Origin: Pseudomonadota bacterium
GTDB taxonomy: Bacteria > Bdellovibrionota > Bdellovibrionia > Bdellovibrionales > SG-bin7
NCBI GenBank assembly: GCA_034439715.1
Contig: JAWXAY010000050.1
Location: 1-26,486 of the forward strand
DNA length: 26,486 nt
Reading direction: 5' to 3'
Under the pieces are notes generated by a model that was not told where the DNA came from, did not search any database, and worked only from the letters and a program-made list of their open reading frames with translations. A program made the position numbers and the translations under genes. Within the stretch, counting starts at the first letter, position 1. Each line of letters begins with the position of its first letter. Below are positions 7,864 to 17,125 of the stretch, one piece after another.

Positions 7864-9573
7864 TTAATTAAACTGTCCCGGGCAAGTAAATAGAGGCGAT
7901 GCGACTTTAAACCGCTTGGGTGAAAACATGTCTTCTGGAACTCCTGGTAGAAATTTTTCTTCAAGTAACATTTCGACCGCGCTATAGCCGGCTTCTACAC
8001 AAAATGTTCCACCGAACCCAACAAAACCGGCAGCAACGACGATGTCTTTAATATAAGAATTATTACGCCACAAAAACCCAATAATCGGCAGTCGGTCTGG
8101 AGTAAAATCCAGCTCACCTACCCAAAGACTTGATGGCGGCTGTCCTCGAGTTTCGGGCATACGCTCGTCAGTTCGGGATTTGACATGATTCATAACCTTT
8201 GTGGTGCGTTTTAACTTTTTAACAGGCGTATCTTCGCCGCCACCAATAAGGAGGGTCCCACGATTTTCTCCATTTTCGTCAATATACCAACCAGACTTAG
8301 GAAAATTATAATAGAGGTCACCTTTATCTTCCGTAACAGTCATACCTTTTAAATTATTTTTAACATGTTCTAAAGTAAAAATCTGGCTTTGTCGTAGTTC
8401 GAGGGCTGTGATTTCTGGAAGTACCTTTCGCGTCCCTATGTTGGTCGCAACTACGACTTTCTTGGCACGGATGGTACCTCGCGAAGTCAATATTAGATTA
8501 TTATTTTTACTGACATGTTCAATACTGTCCACCGTAACGGTGGTATATAGTTCTCCACCCATGTCCAATACTTTCTCCATTACTTTTGTCACGAACTCAA
8601 AGGGGTGATAGTTTCCAAATCCCGGAATCTTACGGCCTGCATATTTTGCGGGAATCTTGACTTCACTGTTAATTTTTTCACGGGACATAAATTCCATGTC
8701 TAGCCCTAACGAGCGCGCGAATTCAACCTCTTTTTGTAAACCAGCTTCTTCTTCGGGACTTGAAGCAATTCGTAGCTGCCCCGCTGTCGAAACATGTGGA
8801 ACGTTTTCTATTTCAGCAATTTTCAAAAAGCGTTTACCATTTCTTTGGCCAAATCTTAAAATAAACTCCGCTTGGCGGCGGGCTTGGGCCTGTAAAGTCT
8901 CCTCGCTCAATTTTGGGTTTAATAATTTTAAAAAATCGTAGCGTACTTGTACCAAGTTTATGTAAGCCTTCTTAAAACTTTCTGGGCCTAGTTCATAATT
9001 TCCGCCGTTATGGCCTGAGGCCCCCATGCCTGGATCGAGAGCCTCCAATACGATTACTTTAATGCCTTTCTTTGCCAAGTGATAAGCTGCTGAGGCTCCC
9101 GTAAGACCGGCGCCTATCACAACAACATCGGCCTCTACAGGTATCCCAGGGGCTGACTGAAAGTTTTGAAACTTGCGCCCGTCTTTGAGCCAATACGAAG
9201 TTTTATTGGTAGGAAGTGTTAATTTTTTAGATAATACGATCGCGCCAATTTCACCCGCAAAATCTTGAAACCGTTGCGCCGCTTTTTCACTAAAATATTT
9301 TTCGAAGTCGGTTTCAATAGCGCTCAAAATCTTTTGCAAACGCGAGCTAAACCGACCATGCCTGTCGGTTAGGGTCTGAGCCTCGGTAATTATTTTACCC
9401 ATTTCTTTAATATCTATTGAATTGTCGCCGGCAGCCAAGTCAGCAGCAAGCTTATAAAGATCCCCTGCAAAAGCGGGCATTGATACGGTGAAAAGCGCAC
9501 CAAAAAAGCTTATTAGTGACAATAAACGACCGGTACGTACAATTAATGCAGTCACTTGTTGCCCGGACGACAT
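7864..9573 (-). CDS. FAD-dependent oxidoreductase (DAO/PuuB-like) with signal peptide and extra N-terminal domain
   Basis: DVVVIGAGLTGASAAY, GASGHNGG, FTPDRLPIIG, GFVGFGG; SD GAGGAG; leader ending AFA. Confidence 0.88.
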   Translation of the reverse strand: MSSGQQVTALIVRTGRLLSLISFFGALFTVSMPAFAGDLYKLAADLAAGDNSIDIKEMGKIITEAQTLTDRHGRFSSRLQKILSAIETDFEKYFSEKAAQRFQDFAGEIGAIVLSKKLTLPTNKTSYWLKDGRKFQNFQSAPGIPVEADVVVIGAGLTGASAAYHLAKKGIKVIVLEALDPGMGASGHNGGNYELGPESFKKAYINLVQVRYDFLKLLNPKLSEETLQAQARRQAEFILRFGQRNGKRFLKIAEIENVPHVSTAGQLRIASSPEEEAGLQKEVEFARSLGLDMEFMSREKINSEVKIPAKYAGRKIPGFGNYHPFEFVTKVMEKVLDMGGELYTTVTVDSIEHVSKNNNLILTSRGTIRAKKVVVATNIGTRKVLPEITALELRQSQIFTLEHVKNNLKGMTVTEDKGDLYYNFPKSGWYIDENGENRGTLLIGGGEDTPVKKLKRTTKVMNHVKSRTDERMPETRGQPPSSLWVGELDFTPDRLPIIGFLWRNNSYIKDIVVAAGFVGFGGTFCVEAGYSAVEMLLEEKFLPGVPEDMFSPKRFKVASPLFTCPGQFN

Positions 9574-9608
9574 TTATAACTCCTCTAAAAGCGGTAACTC
9601 TTTGATTT

Positions 9609-9624
9609 AGCAAGTTTTATGCCA
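9609..9624 (-). promoter_or_regulatory. Putative sigma54 promoter
   Basis: Minus strand TGGCATA-AAAC-TTGCT, 35 nt upstream of the oxidoreductase ATG. Confidence 0.7.
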
Positions 9625-9744
9625 TGGGCTTGGTGGGGCTTTAAAGAAAAGAATGTGAGCTCCATCGCGAAGCTCAACTATCGACATGTCCAATTGCCGC
9701 CAATGGTTTTTTTAGTTTTTTGGTTTTCATAGCATTTTATAAAC

Positions 9745-10233
9745 TTAACGCTCGGCTGCCTCAGATTCACAAGTAAGCGTAATTGCCCCGCCGCTCTGGT
9801 CACAATTAAAAACTAGAGGAGCTTTAAACTTTCTTTCCTGCCATGAAGAAAAAGGAATCATTAAAGAAAAATGGCAATAATCAAATGGAAGATAGTCATC
9901 AAAGTTATCAGTGTTTACCAATTTACTCATGTCAAAACGAAAGTGATTTTTATACTTTGTAGGTTTATATTTTTTGTCATTCGAAAGACTCGCTTTTTTT
10001 CCAATTCGCACATCGCCTGATTCAATTGCGGTCATAGTCACATTTATCAAGTGTGATTCGGTATCGTCCTCACTCAAGTAAACTTGAAAATTTTTGGCTT
10101 CGATCGAAACGGCAAGTTCGTAGCGATTATTTGTCGATTCGCACTTTAGGGTGCCCCTATATTCTTTTTCAGCCCTCGCCAAGGAAATTTGACTTAGAGT
10201 TAAGATTATTGAAATTAAAGCTAGTTTTTTCAT
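9745..10233 (-). CDS. Secreted hypothetical protein
   Basis: SD AGGAG; Sec signal MKKLALISIILTLSQISLA; 4 Cys. Confidence 0.75.
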   Translation of the reverse strand: MKKLALISIILTLSQISLARAEKEYRGTLKCESTNNRYELAVSIEAKNFQVYLSEDDTESHLINVTMTAIESGDVRIGKKASLSNDKKYKPTKYKNHFRFDMSKLVNTDNFDDYLPFDYCHFSLMIPFSSWQERKFKAPLVFNCDQSGGAITLTCESEAAER

Positions 10234-10354
10234 TTTATACTCCTAGAAGAATAAGTTCGACTGTCTAGTAACAGATCAAGGACATGCTGTACAGACTGAT
10301 AAGACCAGTATGAATAAATTTCAGCACGTAGAGACTAGGTACGCGGAAAGTTTT

Positions 10355-10864
10355 TTACCCAGAGTTAAGCGCCTGAGTGTCCCTAACCCTTTTCGCTACC
10401 AATCCCAATGTCTCTCTCGTATTCAATTCAATATATCTCAAAACACTTTTAAACTCCCGCTGCCAAGAGGTCAGCATCCGGGAATAAACGAGCTGGTTCC
10501 AAAATCTCCCTTTAAAGGGGTTACCCTTTTTTGCGCCCGTTACCGCTATCGCAACTAAGGCTGGAACAGTTCTCAAAAAATTTTGGATTTCGGTTCTGGT
10601 TTTGCCACGAATTAGTAAATGCAAATGATTTCCAGAATTCGCCCAGTTATAAATACAAATATGAAAGCGCTGAGCGCTTTTTCTTAAGATTTTTTCGATC
10701 ACGTGATGATGACGAAGAAGCGAAAGCCGCTTTATGGCTTTCGTAGATCTCATAACAACGTGAAGAGGTTTTTTAGGGTCTAAAGGCCTTCGACCTTTCC
10801 GTTTCCCTTTATTGAGGTCGCCGCCGTAAGATTTCGGTGAGACTTTAAAAAACTGAAATTGCAC
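10355..10864 (-). mobile_element. HUH/Y1 tyrosine transposase-like gene (IS200/RAYT family)
   Basis: PLHVVMRS, HUH motif NHLHLLI, FW, and catalytic-Tyr helix LRYIELN. No tnpB and no clear IS ends. Confidence 0.8.
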
Positions 10865-11037
10865 TTAATATTTGAAGACACGATAGAATGGTTAGAAAAA
10901 GTAGAAATTTATTTAAAGAAACTAATTCGACAATGGGGCAGAAGTTTTAAAAGAAAATGAGAATCTATTCTACAAGTATGCATGCCTATTGTGCATTTGA
11001 GGGAGAAAATAAGTGTTAGTTCACAGAACTAAACCGC

Positions 11038-11421
11038 CTAACACTGCCCGTGAGCAAAAAGGCTATCGAGTTGGTTGTAAATGAAGTCATAGCCAGAATC
11101 ATTAATGGCTGAATTGATTCCAAAAATATAATCATTGTCGACATGGTTGAATGCCACTTCGTTTCCAGAGCCCTCAAAAGACAGATTAAAAGTATCATTA
11201 GAGGGATAAAGCATGACAAATACATTGTTACTGGAGTCCCGAAAGTGCTTTTGGGCACCACCATATTTTTTCATTTGCTGCTGAATTTTAAAATAGATTT
11301 CAAGAGCTAAAGCCTCTTGATATTGTGCAAAGTATATTCTCAGCGGTCCGTCAAAAATTGCCCCATTAAAAGCAGGGCTATAAAATTTAGACTGCGTCAA
11401 ACTCACAAGCGTAGAAGTCAT
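11038..11421 (-). CDS. Hypothetical protein
   Basis: AGGAG SD before ATG 11421 (MTSTLVSL...); clean 127-aa ORF, co-directional with hutI. Confidence 0.7.
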   Translation of the reverse strand: MTSTLVSLTQSKFYSPAFNGAIFDGPLRIYFAQYQEALALEIYFKIQQQMKKYGGAQKHFRDSSNNVFVMLYPSNDTFNLSFEGSGNEVAFNHVDNDYIFGINSAINDSGYDFIYNQLDSLFAHGQC

Positions 11422-11484
11422 CCGTTTCTCCTGGCTCGTCGAAATATAATTATTCCCACTCTTTAAGCCTAGGGACACTTTGAC

Positions 11485-12741
11485 CTAAATAGCAAATTTT
11501 TTCTCATAAATTTTTTGTCCCCTGGTCCAGACCTGGGTGACGGGTGAAAATCCGACCTGATAAAATAGTTCTTGCCAAGCTCCTGACAGCACAAGAAAAT
11601 CGGCGTCCTTACTAACCTCGATCGAACCCACTTGTGTCTCTAAACCCAAAGCATATGCCGCACCCAAAGTATATGCCACTATCACCTGTGAGAGACTCAG
11701 TCCCATCTGCATGCGCGCTAAAAGGCCGGCAAACATAAGATCTGCCGACGGACTTGACCCTGGATTAAAATCAGTCGCCAGTGCAATACGGGCGTTGGCA
11801 GCTGCTAAATCTAAGCCTCGCGGATATCTAATCTTAAGGTAGTAATCGGCGATTGGCAGGAGCACACAGGTAGTTGCGGCTAATCCCAAGGTCTTAATGT
11901 CGGCATCCGAAAGTTCAACCAAATGATCAACCGATTTTGCGCCGAGTTTACAACCCAAAGCAGCCGCCCCCGTATGGCTCATTTGGTCAGCATGAATGGT
12001 TAAATCAAATCCCAATTTTTTTGCGGCACTTAGATACCTCTCGCCATCCTCCAAAGAAAAATAACCGTTCTCGATAAATATATCAGCTCGCTCAGCAAGC
12101 TTTTTCTTCTTTATTAAAGGCAATGTATGCTTAATAATGTGGTCTATATATTTTGTCGACGAAGAAAACTCAGCTGGTACGGCGTGGGGTCCAAGGTAGG
12201 TGGCGACAGTCCGGATCCACTTTAAACCCTTAATCACCTCTAACATTTTGATTTCACTCTCGTCACTTAAACCATAACCTGACTTGATTTCTAGAGTAGT
12301 CACCCCTTGTGAAAGATACATCTGCGCCCACATCACCAAATTTTTTTGCAATTCCTTTTTAGTTACTTCGCGTGTCGCTCGCACTGTTGACAAAATTCCG
12401 CCGCCCTTTAGCGCAATTTCCAAATAGCTCATTCCCTGCTGGCGTAATTCAAATTCGTGCGCTCTGTTTCCCGCAAACACTGAGTGAGTGTGGCACTCGA
12501 CAAAGGCCGGCACCACTGTTCGACCCTTTAAATCAATTCGTTTAAGGCCTTTTTTTTGAAATGCTTTTGGTAAATCCCTAGACTTGCCGACCCACGAAAT
12601 CTTGCCAGCCTTAACAACCAACGCTGCATCCTCGATAATACCAAGGTCATTCTCATTGATAATACCGCGGGCACCCTTTTGGGCCGCTGGCTTTAAAGTG
12701 AGTAAATTATTAATGTGAAGAAAAACAGTGTATGGAAGCAC
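11485..12741 (-). CDS. hutI: Imidazolonepropionase
   Basis: ECHTHSVFAGNRAHEF, GGGILSTVRATR, EIKSGYGL, HADQM, DHL, ALATDFNPGSSP. GTG start at 12741 inferred. Confidence 0.95.
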   Translation of the reverse strand: MLPYTVFLHINNLLTLKPAAQKGARGIINENDLGIIEDAALVVKAGKISWVGKSRDLPKAFQKKGLKRIDLKGRTVVPAFVECHTHSVFAGNRAHEFELRQQGMSYLEIALKGGGILSTVRATREVTKKELQKNLVMWAQMYLSQGVTTLEIKSGYGLSDESEIKMLEVIKGLKWIRTVATYLGPHAVPAEFSSSTKYIDHIIKHTLPLIKKKKLAERADIFIENGYFSLEDGERYLSAAKKLGFDLTIHADQMSHTGAAALGCKLGAKSVDHLVELSDADIKTLGLAATTCVLLPIADYYLKIRYPRGLDLAAANARIALATDFNPGSSPSADLMFAGLLARMQMGLSLSQVIVAYTLGAAYALGLETQVGSIEVSKDADFLVLSGAWQELFYQVGFSPVTQVWTRGQKIYEKKFAI

Positions 12742-12751
12742 CTTAAATGAA

Positions 12752-14005
12752 TTACTGAGTAATTCCACGTCTGGCAAATTCAATTTCAAACAAAGCCGAG
12801 AATTTACTGTTAAACAGCGAGGCATCAATAGCCTTTATTTTAGTCAGCATTGACGAGAAATCGTCAGTCGAGCTGATTAGTTTAAGGTGTTCTGTAAACA
12901 TTGTATCGAGAGTTTTAATGTCTCCTAGATTTACCAACGCAGCTTGCCTTCTCACTTCCCACCATATAGAGGCATAAACGCGGCCCATAAGATGGATTTC
13001 GCCACGCGCGGAATTTCCGCAAGAGTCATAGGCCCCCTGCAAAGTTAAACCTGAATTTTTACTAACAGTACGGGTAATCCCACATTCTGAAATGCCATCC
13101 ACACTATTACCAAAGGTCTCAAGTACAGCTGTATTTTGCGGAAAGATAATCGCAAAATGATAGTCGGCTTGCCCCTCGTCAATAGCAGAAGCGCAACCTA
13201 AAGGTGACTTGCAACAGGTATTTTCTCTATCCGCGCAGATTTGACTTTTACTCTGAGCGCTGCTCGTTTCATAATGAGTGAAATTTGTAGCATAACCTAA
13301 ATTGGCGTGTCCCATTTCATGCAAATAAACTTCAGCGCTCAAAGCCAATTCATTGCCAGCATTGTTACTTCCCATAAAAATAAATTTCTGATCGCCCCCA
13401 TAAAACCAAAAGGCTTCTGGTCGCTCGGGATAATACGATACAACTAAAATATTCTTATTCTTTGCATAAAAATTTCCGGTGTGCTTTTGCATGAAATCAA
13501 TCTGAAAGTTGAGCCAATAAAAGGCCATGATTTGGCTAAACTTGTGAGCAGGATCGCTCCCATATGCAAATTTAAAAACTCTGGTTCTGGCATCAACTCT
13601 AGGTAAAATTGTGCCATCGGCCAGCTGTGCATTCACACGAAGGGAACTATTTTGAAGAAACCCTGAGTTATCTAAATGTTCTGGTTGAATGTTAACAGCG
13701 TGGGTTTGTAGACTTCGCAGATCCGAACTTCCTCCCACCGGGCTGGCAAAGACTCGCCCCTCTTGTGCGATCGGATTTTTCCAAAAAACACATGTATTAT
13801 AGTTGGGATTAGCTAAACAATTGGGTACCAAATTGGGCGCAATACCATTGGGAACGATTTCACCTTCTAGCAGAGAAGAACCACCCGACCCAGTAGATAG
13901 TTCGGCGACTTGATTTATCGCTTCAAATTTGCCACTACAGTTTTGAAATAGTAGCAGCACTGCTGCGATTGAAAAAAGAAGTGGATTTAAGGCTTTATGT
14001 TTCAA
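12752..14005 (-). CDS. Zinc metallopeptidase-like (gluzincin, M4/M36-like) lipoprotein with FQNC box
   Basis: GGGGAG SD then TTG 14005; LLLFQNC; HEMGH, DEGQADY and EIHLMG motifs; Cys-rich. Confidence 0.8.
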   Translation of the reverse strand: MKHKALNPLLFSIAAVLLLFQNCSGKFEAINQVAELSTGSGGSSLLEGEIVPNGIAPNLVPNCLANPNYNTCVFWKNPIAQEGRVFASPVGGSSDLRSLQTHAVNIQPEHLDNSGFLQNSSLRVNAQLADGTILPRVDARTRVFKFAYGSDPAHKFSQIMAFYWLNFQIDFMQKHTGNFYAKNKNILVVSYYPERPEAFWFYGGDQKFIFMGSNNAGNELALSAEVYLHEMGHANLGYATNFTHYETSSAQSKSQICADRENTCCKSPLGCASAIDEGQADYHFAIIFPQNTAVLETFGNSVDGISECGITRTVSKNSGLTLQGAYDSCGNSARGEIHLMGRVYASIWWEVRRQAALVNLGDIKTLDTMFTEHLKLISSTDDFSSMLTKIKAIDASLFNSKFSALFEIEFARRGITQ

Positions 14006-14025
14006 GTTACACTCCCCGCTAAAAT

Positions 14026-14053
14026 AATTCGGCTGGTTTAGCAAAAAACTTGA
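14026..14053 (-). promoter_or_regulatory. Putative sigma28 (FliA) promoter
   Basis: Minus strand TCAAG-N15-GCCGAATT upstream of the peptidase SD. Confidence 0.45.
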
Positions 14054-14140
14054 GCTAGTTTTGGTCTGGATTTGACTCGTTTTGAGACAGTTAGTTCTCG
14101 ATTGTCATAAAAAAAAATTGGTGCTAAATATGGCGCTTCT

Positions 14141-14839
14141 ATGAACTCCAATATAAGCGTAAACCTTATTCTTTTTGACCTTGACGATACATTAATCGAT
14201 TTTGAGAGTTCTTCGGTTGTGGCGTTGGAATCGGTATGTAAGGCTCAAGGGCTTTCCAATCCATTAGAAGATTATTTTTCGGCCTACTCGCGAATAAATT
14301 TAAAACTATGGTCGCAACTTGAATTGGGTGAGGTTACCGCCGATTTTGTAAGAGTGGAGCGGTTTAGACGTCTATGCCAGCAGATGAAGTGGCAAGCCGA
14401 TGTTCAAAAAATGGCGGAATCCTATTTAACTGAAATAACTTCCTCTGTTAAACTCATTCCCTTTGCCAAGGAAGTCTGCGAAAAATTATCTCAGACCTTT
14501 GATTTAGGCATCATAACCAATGGCCTTACTCAGGTGCAAAAAGCTCGATTTAGAAAATCGGGACTTGAAACATATTTTAAATTTCTCATGACCTCGGAAG
14601 AACAGGGGTACCACAAGCCAGATCAGCGCATTTTTGTAGATGCAATCAATAAACTCCCCAAAAAAGAGCTTGCTAAGACGCTCGTCGTTGGCGATAGAAT
14701 AGAAAGTGATATTTTGGGAGCAAAAAGGCTAGGAATTAGATCCGTCTGGTTAAATCGTCACGGTAGACCTAACATGACATTGATCAAGCCTGATTTTGAA
14801 ATCAGCTGCCTCTCAGAATTAACGAAACTGGTGTTATGA
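14141..14839 (+). CDS. HAD-superfamily hydrolase, YjjG-like nucleotidase
   Basis: FDLDDTL, IITNG, KPD, VGDRIESDILGA; INxxLW cap signature. Confidence 0.9.
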   Translation: MNSNISVNLILFDLDDTLIDFESSSVVALESVCKAQGLSNPLEDYFSAYSRINLKLWSQLELGEVTADFVRVERFRRLCQQMKWQADVQKMAESYLTEITSSVKLIPFAKEVCEKLSQTFDLGIITNGLTQVQKARFRKSGLETYFKFLMTSEEQGYHKPDQRIFVDAINKLPKKELAKTLVVGDRIESDILGAKRLGIRSVWLNRHGRPNMTLIKPDFEISCLSELTKLVL

Positions 14840-15825
14840 AATATAAAGCCCTCGTTAGTGAGCTTCGCGGTCAAGAAGTTTCAACCACGATTCAAGAAAG
14901 AACCCTTCCGCCACTTTCTCAAAACGAAGTTTTAATCAAAGCTCACTTTTCAAGTTTAAACTTCAAAGATGCGCTGGGAATTACTGGCCGCGGTCCAATT
15001 TTTAAAAGTTTTCCGAGGGTTGGTGGAATTGATGTATCCGGTGTCGTTTACGAGAGTAAAACACCCCACTTTATGCCTGGAGATAAGGTTTTGGTAACCG
15101 GTTGCGGCCTGGGCGAAAACTATGACGGAGGCTTTGCTCAATATGTCAGGGTGGCTTCCGAAAATGTGATTTCCTTACCTGCTCAGCTCACGCTCGAAGA
15201 AGCCATGATTTATGGCACAGCCGGCTTTACGGCGGCACTTTGTTTGAGTCGTCTCATGACTAATGGTCAGTCGCCAGATTTGGGACCCATAGCGGTTACT
15301 GGAGCCAGCGGAGGCGTTGGATCTTTTGCAATCTATTTTTTATCTCACTTGGGTTTTAAGGTCGTTGCCATAAGTGGCAAACCGCAGCTCGAAGATTATT
15401 TATTGCAATTGGGCGCGCACGAAATTATTTCTTTTGAAAAGCTGAAGCTGGGCTCAAAACCACTGGAAACGGTCAGATTCGGAGGCGCCATTGATAATGT
15501 CGGTGGCGAAACTTTGTCCAAGCTTTGTGGGCACACCCAACTCTGGGGAAACATCGCCTGTGTAGGTTTAACTCAAAGCCATGAATTAAAAATGACCGTC
15601 ATGCCCCTAATACTTAGGGGAGTGAGCCTTTTAGGAATCAGCTCAAACAATTGCCCCAATCCTTTAAGAAGGCAGCTTTGGCAAGAGCTGGAAGGGAAAC
15701 TCAAACCCAAAGATTTATCTATCTTTAAGACGGAGCAAGTTGGGCTAGACAAAATAGTTTCGGTAGCACATTCAATGTTAGAACGAAAAACTCATGGGCG
15801 CGTGGTGGTCAAATGCGAGAGCTAA
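14836..15825 (+). CDS. YhdH/AcuI-family MDR oxidoreductase (acryloyl-CoA reductase-like)
   Basis: SSLNFKDAL, GGFAQYVRV, GTAGFTAAL, VTGASGGVGS, IDNVGG, VMPLILRGVSLLGI; ATGA overlap with the HAD gene. Confidence 0.92.
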   Translation: MKYKALVSELRGQEVSTTIQERTLPPLSQNEVLIKAHFSSLNFKDALGITGRGPIFKSFPRVGGIDVSGVVYESKTPHFMPGDKVLVTGCGLGENYDGGFAQYVRVASENVISLPAQLTLEEAMIYGTAGFTAALCLSRLMTNGQSPDLGPIAVTGASGGVGSFAIYFLSHLGFKVVAISGKPQLEDYLLQLGAHEIISFEKLKLGSKPLETVRFGGAIDNVGGETLSKLCGHTQLWGNIACVGLTQSHELKMTVMPLILRGVSLLGISSNNCPNPLRRQLWQELEGKLKPKDLSIFKTEQVGLDKIVSVAHSMLERKTHGRVVVKCES

Positions 15826-16381
15826 TCACAAACTTTGATCATTGGCTTTTTTTAAAAATTAATCATGACTGGACCCTTCTTGGACCGATGCCATCTTCCC
15901 GTTCTTAACCAACTTGTTAAAATTTCCTTGGATTGTCTATTTTTTACTGCCAATGTTACTTTTAATCTGGATATATAAAAAAAAATCTTATGCTCTTAAA
16001 ATATTAATTTCTTCACTCATAATTGTGGGAATTTGCGACCTCGTCGGCTTTCAGCTCTTAAAAGCCACTTTCGAGCGACCCCGCCCTCACCACACCGATA
16101 TTGGCGCCATCGTTAGAGTGCCTTATGCCCCCAAAAGCTACAGTTTTCCGAGCAACCATGCGCTTAACACAGCGGCATTGGCACAAAACTTGGCCTTTTA
16201 TTACCCTGCGGCTGCCCCCTATTTTTATTTATTTGCATTGTTTATGGCCTACAGCCGAGTTTACGTCGGAGTTCATTTTCCCCTAGACGTCATAGCTGGA
16301 GGAATTATTGGACTTTTATTAGCGATTTTCATAAGATGGGTGCTGTTCAAAAAAATAAAATGGCTTGAGAGAGCTAAGTAA
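15813..16381 (+). CDS. PAP2-family phosphatase, split by a 1-nt frameshift near 15875 (pseudogene or sequencing error)
   Basis: KATFERPRP, SFPSNH and SRVYVGVHFPLDV motifs; the N-terminus MRELITNFDHWLFLKINHDWT from ATG 15813 lies in a different frame. Confidence 0.85.
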
Positions 16382-16434
16382 TAAGTTAAATAACAATTTA
16401 AGTAACAATCTTAGAAACTAAAGAGAGGATCAAC

Positions 16435-17109
16435 ATGAAAAAGATTTTGGTTTTAATAAGTTTATTAGGCCTGGTTGCCTGTGACCGAGCTCCTAAACTG
16501 GATAACGATGATAAAAAAACCCTTTACGCACTTGGGGTGGAGATCGGCAAAAGTGTAGGTAATTTTGAACTTTCCAAGGCTGAAGTCAGCATTGTGGTTT
16601 CGGGATTAAAAGACCAACTCAACAAAGACAAAATTAAAGTTAACAGCAATGAGTTTATGGGCAAAATTCGCGACCTATCAATGAATCGCGTTAAAGCAAA
16701 AGCCCAAGTAGAGGTTGGCGAATCTGAAAAATTCCTAGTTTCAAAAACTACTGAAGCTGGCGCAAAAAAACAGGATTCAGGTTTGATTTTTATTGAAACA
16801 AAAGCCGGTGCAGGCACTGTCCCAAAGCCTACCGACACGGTGAAAGTCCATTACGAAGGAAAACTTCGAGACGGAACCGTCTTTGATAGTTCTCTTAAAC
16901 GAGGTGAGCCCGCAACATTCCCGCTCAATGGAGTAATTCCTTGCTGGACTGAGGCCCTACAGCTCATGAAAACGGGCGGAAAAAGTAAAATATTTTGCCC
17001 TGCTAAAATTGCCTATGGCGATCGTGGCGCCCCTCCGCAAATTCCTGGCGGTGCGGCACTGGAGTTTGAAATCGAACTCATTGGCATTGAAGTCGCAAAA
17101 AAGAAATAA
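16435..17109 (+). CDS. FKBP-type peptidyl-prolyl isomerase (FkpA/Mip-like), lipoprotein
   Basis: LVAC lipobox; YALG dimerisation domain; VKVHYEG, FDSS, VIPCWTEAL, AYG. Confidence 0.95.
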   Translation: MKKILVLISLLGLVACDRAPKLDNDDKKTLYALGVEIGKSVGNFELSKAEVSIVVSGLKDQLNKDKIKVNSNEFMGKIRDLSMNRVKAKAQVEVGESEKFLVSKTTEAGAKKQDSGLIFIETKAGAGTVPKPTDTVKVHYEGKLRDGTVFDSSLKRGEPATFPLNGVIPCWTEALQLMKTGGKSKIFCPAKIAYGDRGAPPQIPGGAALEFEIELIGIEVAKKK

Positions 17110-17125
17110 TAGCTAAGGATGAACT

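Noticed and set aside
10255..10350. CRISPR-like or REP array beside the transposase
   Set aside because: Only 4-6 nt words recur, with no fixed period or strong palindrome and no cas genes.
12742..12828. N-terminal extension of hutI in the ORF track
   Set aside because: It overlaps the upstream gene; similarity to HutI begins near GTG 12741.
15848..15868. T TTT TTA / T TTA AAA slippery heptamers as a programmed -1 frameshift for PAP2
   Set aside because: The -1 frame hits TAA and TGA right afterwards, so the break must lie downstream of 15868.
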